Notes: generated from the letters alone by a model not told the origin. Positions 29,000 to 38,190 are shown, numbered from the stretch's first letter. The stretch is DNA of 64,000 nt from a virus (IMGVR_UViG_3300007516_000010:417-64416); one strand, 5' to 3'. Numbers and translations are program-made.

Positions 29000-29735
29000 C
29001 GACGATTTTGTAAAGCTTCCTGCATTCTCCGCTGTAAAAACCAAGCTGCGGTTTATGGGGTTGCTGCAGGTAATGGCCGAGAACAACGGTGTTCCGGACG
29101 CTTTCCAGATCTGCCGGTCGCTAGGCTTATCTCATGACTACTCTCGCCGGGCGGTGGCGATTTCCGTAGGCGACGCAGAATCGCGTCCCGATTCGGTTGC
29201 GATTCGGCGGCGGTGTGCGTACCGGCTGGCAGCCAACCACGCCAGGCTCGCTAGGGGTTGGGCTTGCCCGCCCGGCGAAATAGTGAGAGACCAGTACTGC
29301 GGTGCAGTAATCACTGGTGTCGAAGTTCGTGTCGATAAAGGTGGTTCGCGTATTTACTTGCTGATAGCGTATCGCGTCTTGACCGGGCGGACGGCAGCCG
29401 AGCAGGTAATTGATAGATGCAGTAGCGGTACAGCGAAGATGATCCATTTTTCTCTGAGCGGTCGCCCGCGTAACTGTGGGTCGTACACGCCGTTGCTGCT
29501 AGTAGGATTAGAGGCGGCGATTTCGCTGCGTAGAGAGATGGGAGACGTTAAGGTGGTTTCGGTGGGTGTATCCCGGTCGCAGCAGACCCGCAACAAGAAA
29601 TTGACTCGCGAGCGATTTCGCCGTAACGCAGATTGCCTATTCGGTTTTGGTGTAGATTGTTGCCATTGCGGGGTCGGGCGAACAGAGTGTCGTCGCTCCG
29701 TGTTGGCAATTGATACACACATCATCGGAAACTGA
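28986..29735 (+). CDS. hypothetical protein with a C-terminal Cys cluster
   Basis: start moved to GTG 28986; CLFGFGVDCCHCGVGRTEC. Confidence 0.6.
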   Translation: MLVSNDDFVKLPAFSAVKTKLRFMGLLQVMAENNGVPDAFQICRSLGLSHDYSRRAVAISVGDAESRPDSVAIRRRCAYRLAANHARLARGWACPPGEIVRDQYCGAVITGVEVRVDKGGSRIYLLIAYRVLTGRTAAEQVIDRCSSGTAKMIHFSLSGRPRNCGSYTPLLLVGLEAAISLRREMGDVKVVSVGVSRSQQTRNKKLTRERFRRNADCLFGFGVDCCHCGVGRTECRRSVLAIDTHIIGN

Positions 29736-29736
29736 A

Positions 29737-30465
29737 ATGCGAGACGCCGCTAAGACCCCTCAAGAATTACATGAACGACTTACTCAGAAGTTTCTGGCGG
29801 CGCGTTGCCGGAACGACTCCAGTGGTAGCATTCATAACCCGCAGGCTGACGTCTCAGTGATGATGGCGTTCATGTTCGAACACATCGAAGCGGCGTTTAA
29901 GCAGAACGCTTGGCCAGAGTTGACAGGTTTCTTGATAGGCAAGTCGGGCGTCGACAAAAACGATTTTGTCGCCGAGCATGTCCGCAACGTGCACTTGCTA
30001 GTGGCGGATTACATCAAGGCCGCCTACGTGCCCACCGAGGAGCAGAAGTTGCACATGACCTTCGAGCAGACGCTTGATTCACTGGGCTGGCATTCACAGC
30101 CGATGGCCGCAAGGGTTGCGTATGTGTACATGCTGGGACTGTTTCATATGTCGCGATGCTGGGTAATCGGTAGGCAGTCCAATGAGCTCGGCATTTCGCC
30201 GGAGAGGGGTTTTGAAGACATTGCCGCAGCGGCCGGTGTGGAACTACGGATGTACGATCAACGGATCAATCCGACAATCGAAGCCCGCAATACATTACGG
30301 GATTCGGTGGTCTACGCACAGCAGCTAGGGATGTCTCGTGATTCGATCATTGCAGAGGTCGACACGACGCTGCGGGATTCTTCGCTGGTGTCGCGTGCGA
30401 TGTCATTGGTTAAAACAGCCGCATCGCGGCTGTATGACCGCGTGAATCCTCCTACGAAAGATTAG
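29737..30465 (+). CDS. hypothetical protein containing an in-frame palindrome copy
   Basis: ATG 29737 one base after the previous stop; GVDKNDFVAE is encoded by the palindrome. Confidence 0.65.
   Translation: MRDAAKTPQELHERLTQKFLAARCRNDSSGSIHNPQADVSVMMAFMFEHIEAAFKQNAWPELTGFLIGKSGVDKNDFVAEHVRNVHLLVADYIKAAYVPTEEQKLHMTFEQTLDSLGWHSQPMAARVAYVYMLGLFHMSRCWVIGRQSNELGISPERGFEDIAAAAGVELRMYDQRINPTIEARNTLRDSVVYAQQLGMSRDSIIAEVDTTLRDSSLVSRAMSLVKTAASRLYDRVNPPTKD
29948..29975. repeat. 28-bp dispersed palindrome, copy 5 (intragenic, 3 mismatches, centre ACGA)
   Basis: GCGTCGACAAAAACGATTTTGTCGCCGA; the centre is the reverse complement of the TCGT variant. Confidence 0.8.
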
Positions 30466-30472
30466 TTGAAAT

Positions 30473-31120
30473 ATGGGTAAAGCCGAACGTCGGTTGGCTC
30501 CCTGCGGAGTCGACGTCGGGGTTTCCGGCGGGTTTGGGATGGTTTGCGATCAAGAACTGGTGCTGGCGGATTGCCCAAAGGGAAAGCCGACGCCGTACCA
30601 GGAGCTGGAGGGCAGCTACAAGAAGCTGACAGCTAAAGACAAAGCGAAACCACGCTATGTAGATAAGACGTTACGCCCCAGAAAGGCCAAGGTATTCGAT
30701 TCGCTCGAAATGCTTGAGCTACTTAACTGGGCCAAGACGCTAGCCAAAGAGCGTGGCTACTGTGGTTTGTTCGTGGTGGTTGAGCAGCCGCAGCTGCACA
30801 TTGGGAAATCGCATCCGTCGAGCTACATGGTAACCGGCGGATGCTTTCATACCTGGGCATATTCGCTCAGGTCGATGGGGATTAAGTGGGGTGCGGTATC
30901 ACCTTCTCATTGGAAGAGTGGATACAAACTCACGTCTGACAAGCTACACAGCCGGTCCCGCCTGGCTGAGTTGTTACCCTCTGCGGTGGGTAAACGCACA
31001 GTCAGCGACAACAAGCTCGTGCTGGACCAGCACGACGTTAGTGAAGCCGTACTCTTGGCAATGTGGCTGAGAGACTTTTGCCCTCAATACTTACAGGATA
31101 ACTATGTTCCCGGAAACTGA
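30473..31120 (+). CDS. ruvC: RuvC-like Holliday junction resolvase
   Basis: GVDVGVSGG, VVVEQP, SPSHWK, HDVSEAVLLA acidic catalytic pattern. Confidence 0.78.
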   Translation: MGKAERRLAPCGVDVGVSGGFGMVCDQELVLADCPKGKPTPYQELEGSYKKLTAKDKAKPRYVDKTLRPRKAKVFDSLEMLELLNWAKTLAKERGYCGLFVVVEQPQLHIGKSHPSSYMVTGGCFHTWAYSLRSMGIKWGAVSPSHWKSGYKLTSDKLHSRSRLAELLPSAVGKRTVSDNKLVLDQHDVSEAVLLAMWLRDFCPQYLQDNYVPGN

Positions 31121-31817
31121 TGTCAGAATCATTGTCGCCGCGGCGATTAGCCCGATCGAACACTCGCAGCTGGAGGCTCTACGACCTCCGTTTCGCGTGC
31201 CTGGAAACATCTCCCAGGCGTCGACGATCGCCAAGTACGAAGCCGAATACCCGCAGAAATGGGCGGACTCGGCGATTGAGCGAGTCCACACGTCGGTAGT
31301 GGAGTCGATGCATTTGATTGTTTACGTCAACGACGAGAAGGTCATCGACGAGCTTGTCGGCCCGACTCAGGCCCGTGTGCGAGTGTTCGAGGCAATCAGC
31401 GATGCGACGCGGAATGCCGAGCGAGTATCGGTACGGTGGTTTGGTGAAAACAGCAAGCTGGTGCAGAAGCACCTGCTGTTCGCGTTCTCGTTCGCTAATC
31501 TGCTCACTCGCGAGGCCGGCAAGCTAACTGGCAAAATCGATCATCGTTTGTTTTACGCTTCACAGCACTTCTCGCTGGAAGCTTTGCTGGAGGTCGACAA
31601 GGAGCCCAACGTGGCGATGTCGCACGCCGTTGAGCATTTGCTGCCAGCGGGCACGATCCCTGCGGGACAATCGATCACCGGCAGCCTGATCCAGGATGCA
31701 AGGTTGATCGAGCAGTGCTTTGCTGCTGTGGGTGAGTTGCCCTCGGGTGCGACCGCAGAGGTGGTATCCATGACCAAGACAGTGATACGCCGCGTGGTCA
31801 AAAAAGTTGGGGGTTAA
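31104..31817 (+). CDS. hypothetical protein, possibly an inactive DEDD 3'-5' exonuclease homologue
   Basis: RVPGNISQASTIAKY resembles phage PolB-exo-like proteins, but the N-terminal DxE motif is absent. Confidence 0.45.
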   Translation: MFPETDVRIIVAAAISPIEHSQLEALRPPFRVPGNISQASTIAKYEAEYPQKWADSAIERVHTSVVESMHLIVYVNDEKVIDELVGPTQARVRVFEAISDATRNAERVSVRWFGENSKLVQKHLLFAFSFANLLTREAGKLTGKIDHRLFYASQHFSLEALLEVDKEPNVAMSHAVEHLLPAGTIPAGQSITGSLIQDARLIEQCFAAVGELPSGATAEVVSMTKTVIRRVVKKVGG

Positions 31818-31821
31818 CAAC

Positions 31822-32511
31822 ATGTTCTTGCCGTCCGGTATCATTTCGTCGGAGCAGACTACTGCGGAGAGATTCGCGGCCAAGCTGCTCAAGGGGCTAT
31901 CTGCGACTTCGTTAACCGCGGCGGACGAGGACTATGTGCTGCTGAACCCGTTCATATTCAACCTTTGCTTGCCGGAGGCTCCGATCGATCTGGTAACGGA
32001 ATCGATGCGAGTCACAGGTATGCCGTCATCGCATACTTGCATTCGGCTCCCAGCGGAGGTGTTTGATTACGGGCAACGCGGGCGAGACGTACAGATTCCT
32101 GGAAATCTGCTTGTTGCGATTCCCAAAGAGCAGTGGGAGACTGTGCGGCAGTTTATTCTTTCTGTCATGTTCATCGAGCCCGGCTCAAAGAGCTGTGTGT
32201 TTGTACGGTTAGGCGAGATTCTGCTGCGAGATCCTTTCGTCTCTACTAGCAAAGTCATCACCGACGTAGCAGCCGACACGGTTGCGGTGCAGGTGGTCGT
32301 AGTCGAGGCAGGTCGCCACGCATGGGTGCTGCGAGCTTCGACGGGTTGGCCACTGAATTCCCGGTACGATTTTGCTATGGTGAGGACTTCTGGGGATGCT
32401 CGCGGCGAGAGAGCTTGCGAATTATTCACCCAGGGTGAACAAAACCCACTGACGAAAGCAGAAGAAGAACATGGCAGATTCGATTTTGGAGAAGATGGCG
32501 ATACCCGATGA
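31822..32511 (+). CDS. hypothetical protein
   Basis: ATG 31822 after the previous stop. Confidence 0.6.
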   Translation: MFLPSGIISSEQTTAERFAAKLLKGLSATSLTAADEDYVLLNPFIFNLCLPEAPIDLVTESMRVTGMPSSHTCIRLPAEVFDYGQRGRDVQIPGNLLVAIPKEQWETVRQFILSVMFIEPGSKSCVFVRLGEILLRDPFVSTSKVITDVAADTVAVQVVVVEAGRHAWVLRASTGWPLNSRYDFAMVRTSGDARGERACELFTQGEQNPLTKAEEEHGRFDFGEDGDTR

Positions 32512-33163
32512 CGGCTCGGCTTGGTCGACTCGGATGTCGACGGCGTTAGCCACAGTGAGGTTATCGTCGGAAGACGAGTCTGCAGGCAGTAAGCTGGAGC
32601 AGAACCTGCAGAGATCCGTATTGTTGGTTACGTCCAAGCTCAATCAGGAGGCAAAGACAAGCGGACACCGTATCATTGGGGTTTACGCTCCGTCGTTCGC
32701 ATTTAACATTACGTCTAACGGCGATACGCTGGTGGTCGTAGCCTTGTGCGCGTTGTTCTTGCAGCCCGAAGAAAGTCATGCCGCCAAAATTGCAAATACA
32801 CCAGCCCGAAATTCCACCAGTGGCGGTACCAAAGAAGCGGCTATTGAAAAAATCATTGCCCGCTCCTCCCAGCGGTTCACCGCGTCCAGCGGAGCGGACG
32901 CCGAAGGTATCAAGCCCTACCGAATCCTCGACCCTTCCCCGCTCGGCAGTCCGCCGGTCTTCGTTGCCACCCCAGGCGACCGTCGACCATCCGACACCGG
33001 CGGCACCCGAGTCGTCCACCAAATCAACGCCTCCTCAAAAGCGATTGATAAAGCGGAAACGGTCTCAACCGTCGCCGACGGCGGAGCCGCCACCACCGGT
33101 CAACAAATACCAGTTGTTACTGGCCACGTTGGGAAATCGCCCTCGATGCGAGGGGTGTTCTGA
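32471..33163 (+). CDS. hypothetical protein whose C-terminal half overlaps the next ORF
   Basis: 230-aa ORF, SD GAAGAAG; 386-nt overlap with 32778-33446. Confidence 0.5.
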   Translation: MADSILEKMAIPDDGSAWSTRMSTALATVRLSSEDESAGSKLEQNLQRSVLLVTSKLNQEAKTSGHRIIGVYAPSFAFNITSNGDTLVVVALCALFLQPEESHAAKIANTPARNSTSGGTKEAAIEKIIARSSQRFTASSGADAEGIKPYRILDPSPLGSPPVFVATPGDRRPSDTGGTRVVHQINASSKAIDKAETVSTVADGGAATTGQQIPVVTGHVGKSPSMRGVF

Positions 33164-33446
33164 TTTGCAGCAGCTTGCTGCGATTCTTCAGCGGGAGATA
33201 AACCGATTTCCTGCAGAGGATATACGGGTGCTCATCGTCAAAGGCGAGCTGTTGCCGCTGACGGTGGAAGAATGCCTGGTACATTTCACAGACGGGGAGG
33301 AATCCGCGGTCATACGTTTGCCTGTCCCAGCGGCTACTGCCGAAGTGATTCAGAGTACCGGCGAGCTCGTCGGAAGTCTGGACGACGACATTGACCCTAG
33401 TTCAGACTTGACCGGGATACCGGACGAGGACTTTTTGTTTGGTTAA
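32778..33446 (+). CDS. hypothetical protein with a Pro/Lys-rich N-terminus and acidic C-terminus
   Basis: ATG after GAAGAAAG; globular-looking C-terminal part; followed by a terminator. Confidence 0.6.
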   Translation: MPPKLQIHQPEIPPVAVPKKRLLKKSLPAPPSGSPRPAERTPKVSSPTESSTLPRSAVRRSSLPPQATVDHPTPAAPESSTKSTPPQKRLIKRKRSQPSPTAEPPPPVNKYQLLLATLGNRPRCEGCSDLQQLAAILQREINRFPAEDIRVLIVKGELLPLTVEECLVHFTDGEESAVIRLPVPAATAEVIQSTGELVGSLDDDIDPSSDLTGIPDEDFLFG

Positions 33447-33483
33447 GTGGTGTTGCTGTGCGTTGCAGCAATCGTTGGTTTCG

Positions 33484-33516
33484 AAGCCGTCCAAATCGGA
33501 CGGCTTTTTTCGTTTT
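33484..33516 (+). terminator. intrinsic terminator
   Basis: AAGCCGTCC/GGACGGCTT stem, 5-nt loop, T-tract. Confidence 0.8.
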
Positions 33517-33534
33517 AGGATTGAGAGAAAAATT

Positions 33535-34986
33535 ATGCTTCATTACAACCACCGCACCGGTGACGGTATGAACGCCGCCCAGCGAGGCTATCGACGCGGT
33601 CGTGAGCAATTGCGAGCTGCGAACATGTTTCGCTTGGCCCGGGTGTTGATTCGCCCGGATGCATTGTTTTCCTCTCCGGAGGAGAACGAAGTTTCGGTTA
33701 TTTCTGTGCGAGACGTCACCGCGACTGTGGTGATGGACGTCCCTCGCGCTGGCGAATTGCCTAACAGCCGGATGTACCAAACCGGCAAGTTGGTCGTTAG
33801 CGAGAACGAGGCGATGCCTTGGAGACCTCGGTTGTCCCTCCAGGTTGACACAGCGTGCGATCTCGCTGCAGGCATTGCCTGCCGTGTGCAAGCATCTCGC
33901 GACGTCACGACGGATGACACCATTCTGTCGCCTAGAGCAGGCACCGCGTGGCTGCGAGGCGACGGCAATAGCGTCTTTGTATGTGTAGGTAACTACAGCG
34001 TTGACAACGAGATTAGGCCGTTTCGGGTCGTTAGATTGGCTACGCAAGATTTACAGCATGTCCGGATTGGCGGCCAGCGACCTGGCAGTCTGATTGGCAT
34101 TCCTGGCACACTGCGTATGGGCCCTATGGAAAAGGGCTCGCCGCTGGTTAGATTTGACCGTCCGTTGAAGGTGGAGATCGCCAACCTTGGGCTGGGGAAC
34201 GAACCTTTGATGCGTGATAACCTCAGTCACGCAGTTCCGGCTCAGCACGCCCGGGCCATGTTCAAGACCGCGGCCAGCATTGTTGATCAGGCAGACGCGA
34301 AAGGTGTTTGTTGTAGCGGCGGATTCTCCGTCATGCAGGCTGGTTATCTCGATGACCTTGAGGCCGACGGGGTCAGCGGCACTCAGTGGGATAACCGCCA
34401 GGCGTCGCTGTTGGGCGCCGGCAAACACTTGGGCTTCGCTAAGCCTGTCGAGATCCTGTTCCCTGGTAACGGGGTAATTAAGGAGATCGTGGCTGGCGAT
34501 CGCGGCAAGCGAGTTTGCCTGGTGATGGAAGATGGAACGGAGTATTCCTACCCGTCTGACGCGATACTGACAGCGAGTACCGGCCACTGCAGCCGATATA
34601 CGCCGATCGGTGTTTGGACGACGCCTGCTGGTCACGCGATTCGACCAGACAGACTGTCGCACGAGGATGTGTTGTCGCTTTTGTGGGACGCAGCACAACA
34701 GCAGGGACATGTCTGTGAGGTGGGTGACAAAATGTGCTTGATGGCCCCGCAAGGGCTGCTAGGTTCATTGGCCATCCAGGGCGAGGAGGAAAACGGAGTG
34801 AGCGACCACTACCTCAGCTTTAGCGCAGACCTGTGGAACGAGAAGCTTGGCGGTTTCTTACTACCCAGTGAGTCGTTTGAGCAGGATTTCTGGTTGGGCA
34901 ATGCTCAGTTCGAAACTTTAGTGGGTGTTGCTGCGGAGTCTGGAACGCGTCCTGCTAGGCGTCAGCTTATAAGCAGACGTAGATAG
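33535..34986 (+). CDS. hypothetical protein with a possible sandwich-barrel-hybrid (RNAP-like) segment
   Basis: start moved to ATG 33535; FPGNGVIKEIVAGDRGKRVCLVMEDGTEYSYP. Confidence 0.6.
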   Translation: MLHYNHRTGDGMNAAQRGYRRGREQLRAANMFRLARVLIRPDALFSSPEENEVSVISVRDVTATVVMDVPRAGELPNSRMYQTGKLVVSENEAMPWRPRLSLQVDTACDLAAGIACRVQASRDVTTDDTILSPRAGTAWLRGDGNSVFVCVGNYSVDNEIRPFRVVRLATQDLQHVRIGGQRPGSLIGIPGTLRMGPMEKGSPLVRFDRPLKVEIANLGLGNEPLMRDNLSHAVPAQHARAMFKTAASIVDQADAKGVCCSGGFSVMQAGYLDDLEADGVSGTQWDNRQASLLGAGKHLGFAKPVEILFPGNGVIKEIVAGDRGKRVCLVMEDGTEYSYPSDAILTASTGHCSRYTPIGVWTTPAGHAIRPDRLSHEDVLSLLWDAAQQQGHVCEVGDKMCLMAPQGLLGSLAIQGEEENGVSDHYLSFSADLWNEKLGGFLLPSESFEQDFWLGNAQFETLVGVAAESGTRPARRQLISRRR

Positions 34987-35061
34987 GCTGCAGTGACGTT
35001 AGGTTACCGTTGTGCTATGCTCGCCCACGGTTTATTTCGTGGGCGAGTTAAAGGTAGAGCG

Positions 35062-35955
35062 ATGACAGGTAAAGCGATTATCCCTAGTGGATACAGCGAC
35101 GAGTACGGCCAGCCTAAAGAGTTAGACGCACCACTGGTTTTTAACGCAGCGGTGGCCGTTAGCTACGACGAGGACGACGAGGAGTTCGATCCCACCGTAC
35201 CGTTGCCGCCGGAGATTGCGTCGCAGGCGTTTGCGCTAGCCACGGATAAGTTCAATTCGCTAGACGTTAAGACAAGAGATAAGACGTCAGTAGGTGCTTT
35301 GGCTATCCAGTTCGCCAGAGCGCTGCGTCTGAGGGAGCAGCCGCGGACCAAGAAGCCGCCTGCTGTTCGCGTGACGCAGGACGACCTTCCGGCGACGACC
35401 AACAGCCGCAAGAAAGCGGTTAAGACGGCGACGGTATCGGAGATCTCGCCGGCGACACCGAAAAAGACTAAGACGGTCAAGCGAGTCATTCGCGTTAAAC
35501 GGCACGTCGACCAGCGGGTAGACGATTCTGGGCCGAGTTTAATCAGCGTTAGACGTCCGGTAGTGACCAAACGCACTCCGGTCATCGTCGCACCTGCCGA
35601 CGCGTCGCTAGCGTCACTAAAGATTCCTCGACTAAGTGGTGTTCCTTCGTCGCCGGGCATCGCGATACAGCTGAGGTATACAGAGCAGTCGCAGTTGGTA
35701 TCTCAGCGGTTCCGAGTGCACTGGTTGTTGACCTATCTGGACGACGAAGATCAGGTGACGCAGGTAGCAATGACATTTGATCGTCGCTACGGCGAATCTC
35801 CTTTCGATGAACTCGAGATCGATTTCTCACCGTATGAATCGATGCAGCTAGTTATTAGCGGAACACAATCGATGACGTTGGAGGTGTTACGAGGTAAGAT
35901 GGTCGTCGACCTTGGCGTTTTCAACACCGCAATTTTCAACGTAGTGAGACCATGA
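35062..35955 (+). CDS. hypothetical protein
   Basis: start moved to ATG 35062; basic low-complexity middle region. Confidence 0.65.
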   Translation: MTGKAIIPSGYSDEYGQPKELDAPLVFNAAVAVSYDEDDEEFDPTVPLPPEIASQAFALATDKFNSLDVKTRDKTSVGALAIQFARALRLREQPRTKKPPAVRVTQDDLPATTNSRKKAVKTATVSEISPATPKKTKTVKRVIRVKRHVDQRVDDSGPSLISVRRPVVTKRTPVIVAPADASLASLKIPRLSGVPSSPGIAIQLRYTEQSQLVSQRFRVHWLLTYLDDEDQVTQVAMTFDRRYGESPFDELEIDFSPYESMQLVISGTQSMTLEVLRGKMVVDLGVFNTAIFNVVRP

Positions 35956-36140
35956 TGGATAAATTTGGCGTGATTCAGCCTGGCCGGACACCTGATCCCG
36001 AAGATTCTAAGAAATCGAAGGATAGGGGCAAAAGTGCAGCCGAGCTAGATAATGGTATCCTTCGGGACGTCGCTGACCGCACGCAGGATCATCTGCGATC
36101 CAGAGCAGCCGACCCGAACGACCACCAACCAACCGGCTAG
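35952..36140 (+). CDS. small protein upstream of the portal (KSA motif)
   Basis: 62 aa, ATGA coupling, MDKFGV...GKSAAE. Confidence 0.6.
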   Translation: MMDKFGVIQPGRTPDPEDSKKSKDRGKSAAELDNGILRDVADRTQDHLRSRAADPNDHQPTG

Positions 36141-36141
36141 C

Positions 36142-38031
36142 ATGTACGACAAGCTCACCTCATTCGATTGTCCCGGTAACGCACGGTACAGCGGTAACGG
36201 CAGTAGTGCCGCTTACCCGAAGAACTTCCTGGATTACGCTAGCACCGCCGTTCCGCAGACGTTCGCGGAGTTACTGGACTGGTCTGAATACGCGTTCTTG
36301 GCCACGGGCGACTACAAGTCTCTTTTCGAGCGGCTATACAACTACTTCATCACTGAGCTGAAGATCTCGTCGATTGACAACGCTAAGAAGCCGATGGATG
36401 AAGAGACCGCGAACGAATGGCGGCAGTTGCTCGAAGACGATCTCAACTGGGGCGAGGTCGCGGCCAGTATGATGCTCAATTTGGGTGTCTACGGTAACGA
36501 TTTTATCTCTGTTTACGCACCTATTCGCCGCTTTCTAGATTGCCCGAATTGCGGGCTGCGGATTGATATGAAGACGCTGGCTGACACTAGCGGCAGTGAT
36601 TTCGGTTATCGCAGCGGTAAGTTCACTGCCAGGTGCGTGGGCCAGAAGTGCCGACGAGAGAACCGCGGCACCGAGATATGGTCGCCGCATGATTTGCGAT
36701 CAAGCCGCCCTGAAGACTTCAAGATCAAGCAGTGGCCGACTCGTGAGATGATTATCCATCATTACGCTTGGACCGACCGCACTATTATTTACTGGCGAAT
36801 TCCTGAGCACTACAAGCGAGCGGTGCAGTCAGGCGACGTTGAGACACTTGCCGAAGCCGATGTCAACGTGCTTGAGGCTATCGAGAAGAACATGTTGTTC
36901 AAGTTCCGTGATGATCGAATCTTTCATGCGAAAGAGCCGACCATTACGGGACTGCAAACGCGTGGCTGGGGTTTGCCGAGGTCGATTTTTCTTAACCGTC
37001 AGGGCTGGACGCTGCAGCTATTAAGAAAGAACACGCAGGGGTTGGCACTGGACTGGGTGATGCCGATGAAGATCGTCTCGCCGTCTGCGCAAGCGGTTCC
37101 GGTTGGGCGGGGTAATTCGATGAGCCCTTCGGCGAGCGTTAATCAAGCCGACTTTTCTCGCATGTTCGCTAAGGCGGTTTCGTCTCACCGCAGTAATCCG
37201 ACGAGTTGGCAGGCAATGCAGATGCCAGTGGACGCTAATATCCTTGGTGGCGACGCCAACCGGCTGTTTCCTGCGGACATGATCCGTCACGCCAAAGACG
37301 AGTTTCTCGACGCCGGCGGGTTTCCTGTGGAGATGTACCGTGGCACGTTAACGTTGCAGACCGCTCCGGTCGGACTTCGCCTGTTCGAGGCCACCAACAA
37401 ATCAATCCCGTCGATTCTTAACCGTGCGGTGAAATTCATCAGCGGACGTGTCTCTGAGTTGGCCAGCCGCGACCCGGTTGTCTGTAAGCACGAGCGAGTC
37501 TCGATTACTGACGATTTGGAAACGCTAATGATGCAGACGCAGATGGCTATGAGCGGAGCTTTGGCGATGAGCGAACCGATGCGACGCATGGGCGTTGACT
37601 ACCGTGACAACGCACGTCAGACGATGCGTGAGACAGAAATCACGCAGGAGCTTCAGGAAGCTGCCCAGGAAGAGCAGATTAAGCGACAGCAGTCCAACGC
37701 GGCGATGGCGACTCCACCTGCGGGTGGAGCCGATCCGGCTGCGGGCGGTGCCGCTCCGGCAGAAGGTGGCGATCCGGCTGCTAACCCAATGGCAGGCATG
37801 CTACCCAGCACAGGGTATGTGCCACCAATGGCGCCAGACCAGATGGAAGAGGCAGCTACGGCGTTGGCCCAAACGCTCGCCGGGATGGACCCGATGTCAC
37901 GGGACCGCGAGCTAAAGATCATCCGCGACCGTTACCAGACGTTCCACGCGATTGTAAGGACGCGGTTGGAGCAGGCGGATCAGCAAATGGGGCAGCAGGG
38001 GCGTCAGATGATGATCGGACAAGGCGGTTAG
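36142..38031 (+). CDS. probable portal protein with an inserted Cys4 zinc ribbon
   Basis: ~630 aa; helical N-terminus, VYGNDFISV, FHAKEP...GWGLP, Q/M/A-rich low-complexity tail; CPNC...CVGQKC insert; call rests on general resemblance and context. Confidence 0.55.
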   Translation: MYDKLTSFDCPGNARYSGNGSSAAYPKNFLDYASTAVPQTFAELLDWSEYAFLATGDYKSLFERLYNYFITELKISSIDNAKKPMDEETANEWRQLLEDDLNWGEVAASMMLNLGVYGNDFISVYAPIRRFLDCPNCGLRIDMKTLADTSGSDFGYRSGKFTARCVGQKCRRENRGTEIWSPHDLRSSRPEDFKIKQWPTREMIIHHYAWTDRTIIYWRIPEHYKRAVQSGDVETLAEADVNVLEAIEKNMLFKFRDDRIFHAKEPTITGLQTRGWGLPRSIFLNRQGWTLQLLRKNTQGLALDWVMPMKIVSPSAQAVPVGRGNSMSPSASVNQADFSRMFAKAVSSHRSNPTSWQAMQMPVDANILGGDANRLFPADMIRHAKDEFLDAGGFPVEMYRGTLTLQTAPVGLRLFEATNKSIPSILNRAVKFISGRVSELASRDPVVCKHERVSITDDLETLMMQTQMAMSGALAMSEPMRRMGVDYRDNARQTMRETEITQELQEAAQEEQIKRQQSNAAMATPPAGGADPAAGGAAPAEGGDPAANPMAGMLPSTGYVPPMAPDQMEEAATALAQTLAGMDPMSRDRELKIIRDRYQTFHAIVRTRLEQADQQMGQQGRQMMIGQGG

Positions 38032-38039
38032 GCGATAGA

Positions 38040-38179
38040 ACGCGAGTGGTGGAATAGGTAGACACACGGAAATGGCGGGTCGAGTACGAGAAAGACGGGT
38101 CCGACCGTAGGAGTCGGGTAGCCTATGTAGCTGCGTCTATAATCTCGGCTATGCTGGGTGCGAATCCCGGTCTCGCGTC
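38040..38179 (+). ncRNA. class-II tRNA-like RNA (tRNA-Leu(UAG)-like) with an extra ~35-nt domain and an enlarged variable arm
   Basis: acceptor ACGCGAG/CTCGCGT; U8; Leu/Ser-type D arm GTG-GAATAGGTAGA-CAC; hairpin CCGAC-CGTAGGA-GTCGG; TAGCC/GGCTA arm; T arm GCTGGG-TGCGAAT-CCCGGT; no encoded CCA. Confidence 0.65.
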
Positions 38180-38190
38180 TTCAATAACAT

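Noticed and set aside
38040-38179. Annotation as a standard tRNA or tmRNA
   Set aside because: About 50 nt too long for a tRNA, with non-canonical positions 33, 55 and 73 and no CCA; it lacks the tmRNA 5' signature, the length and a tag ORF, so it is reported as tRNA-like instead
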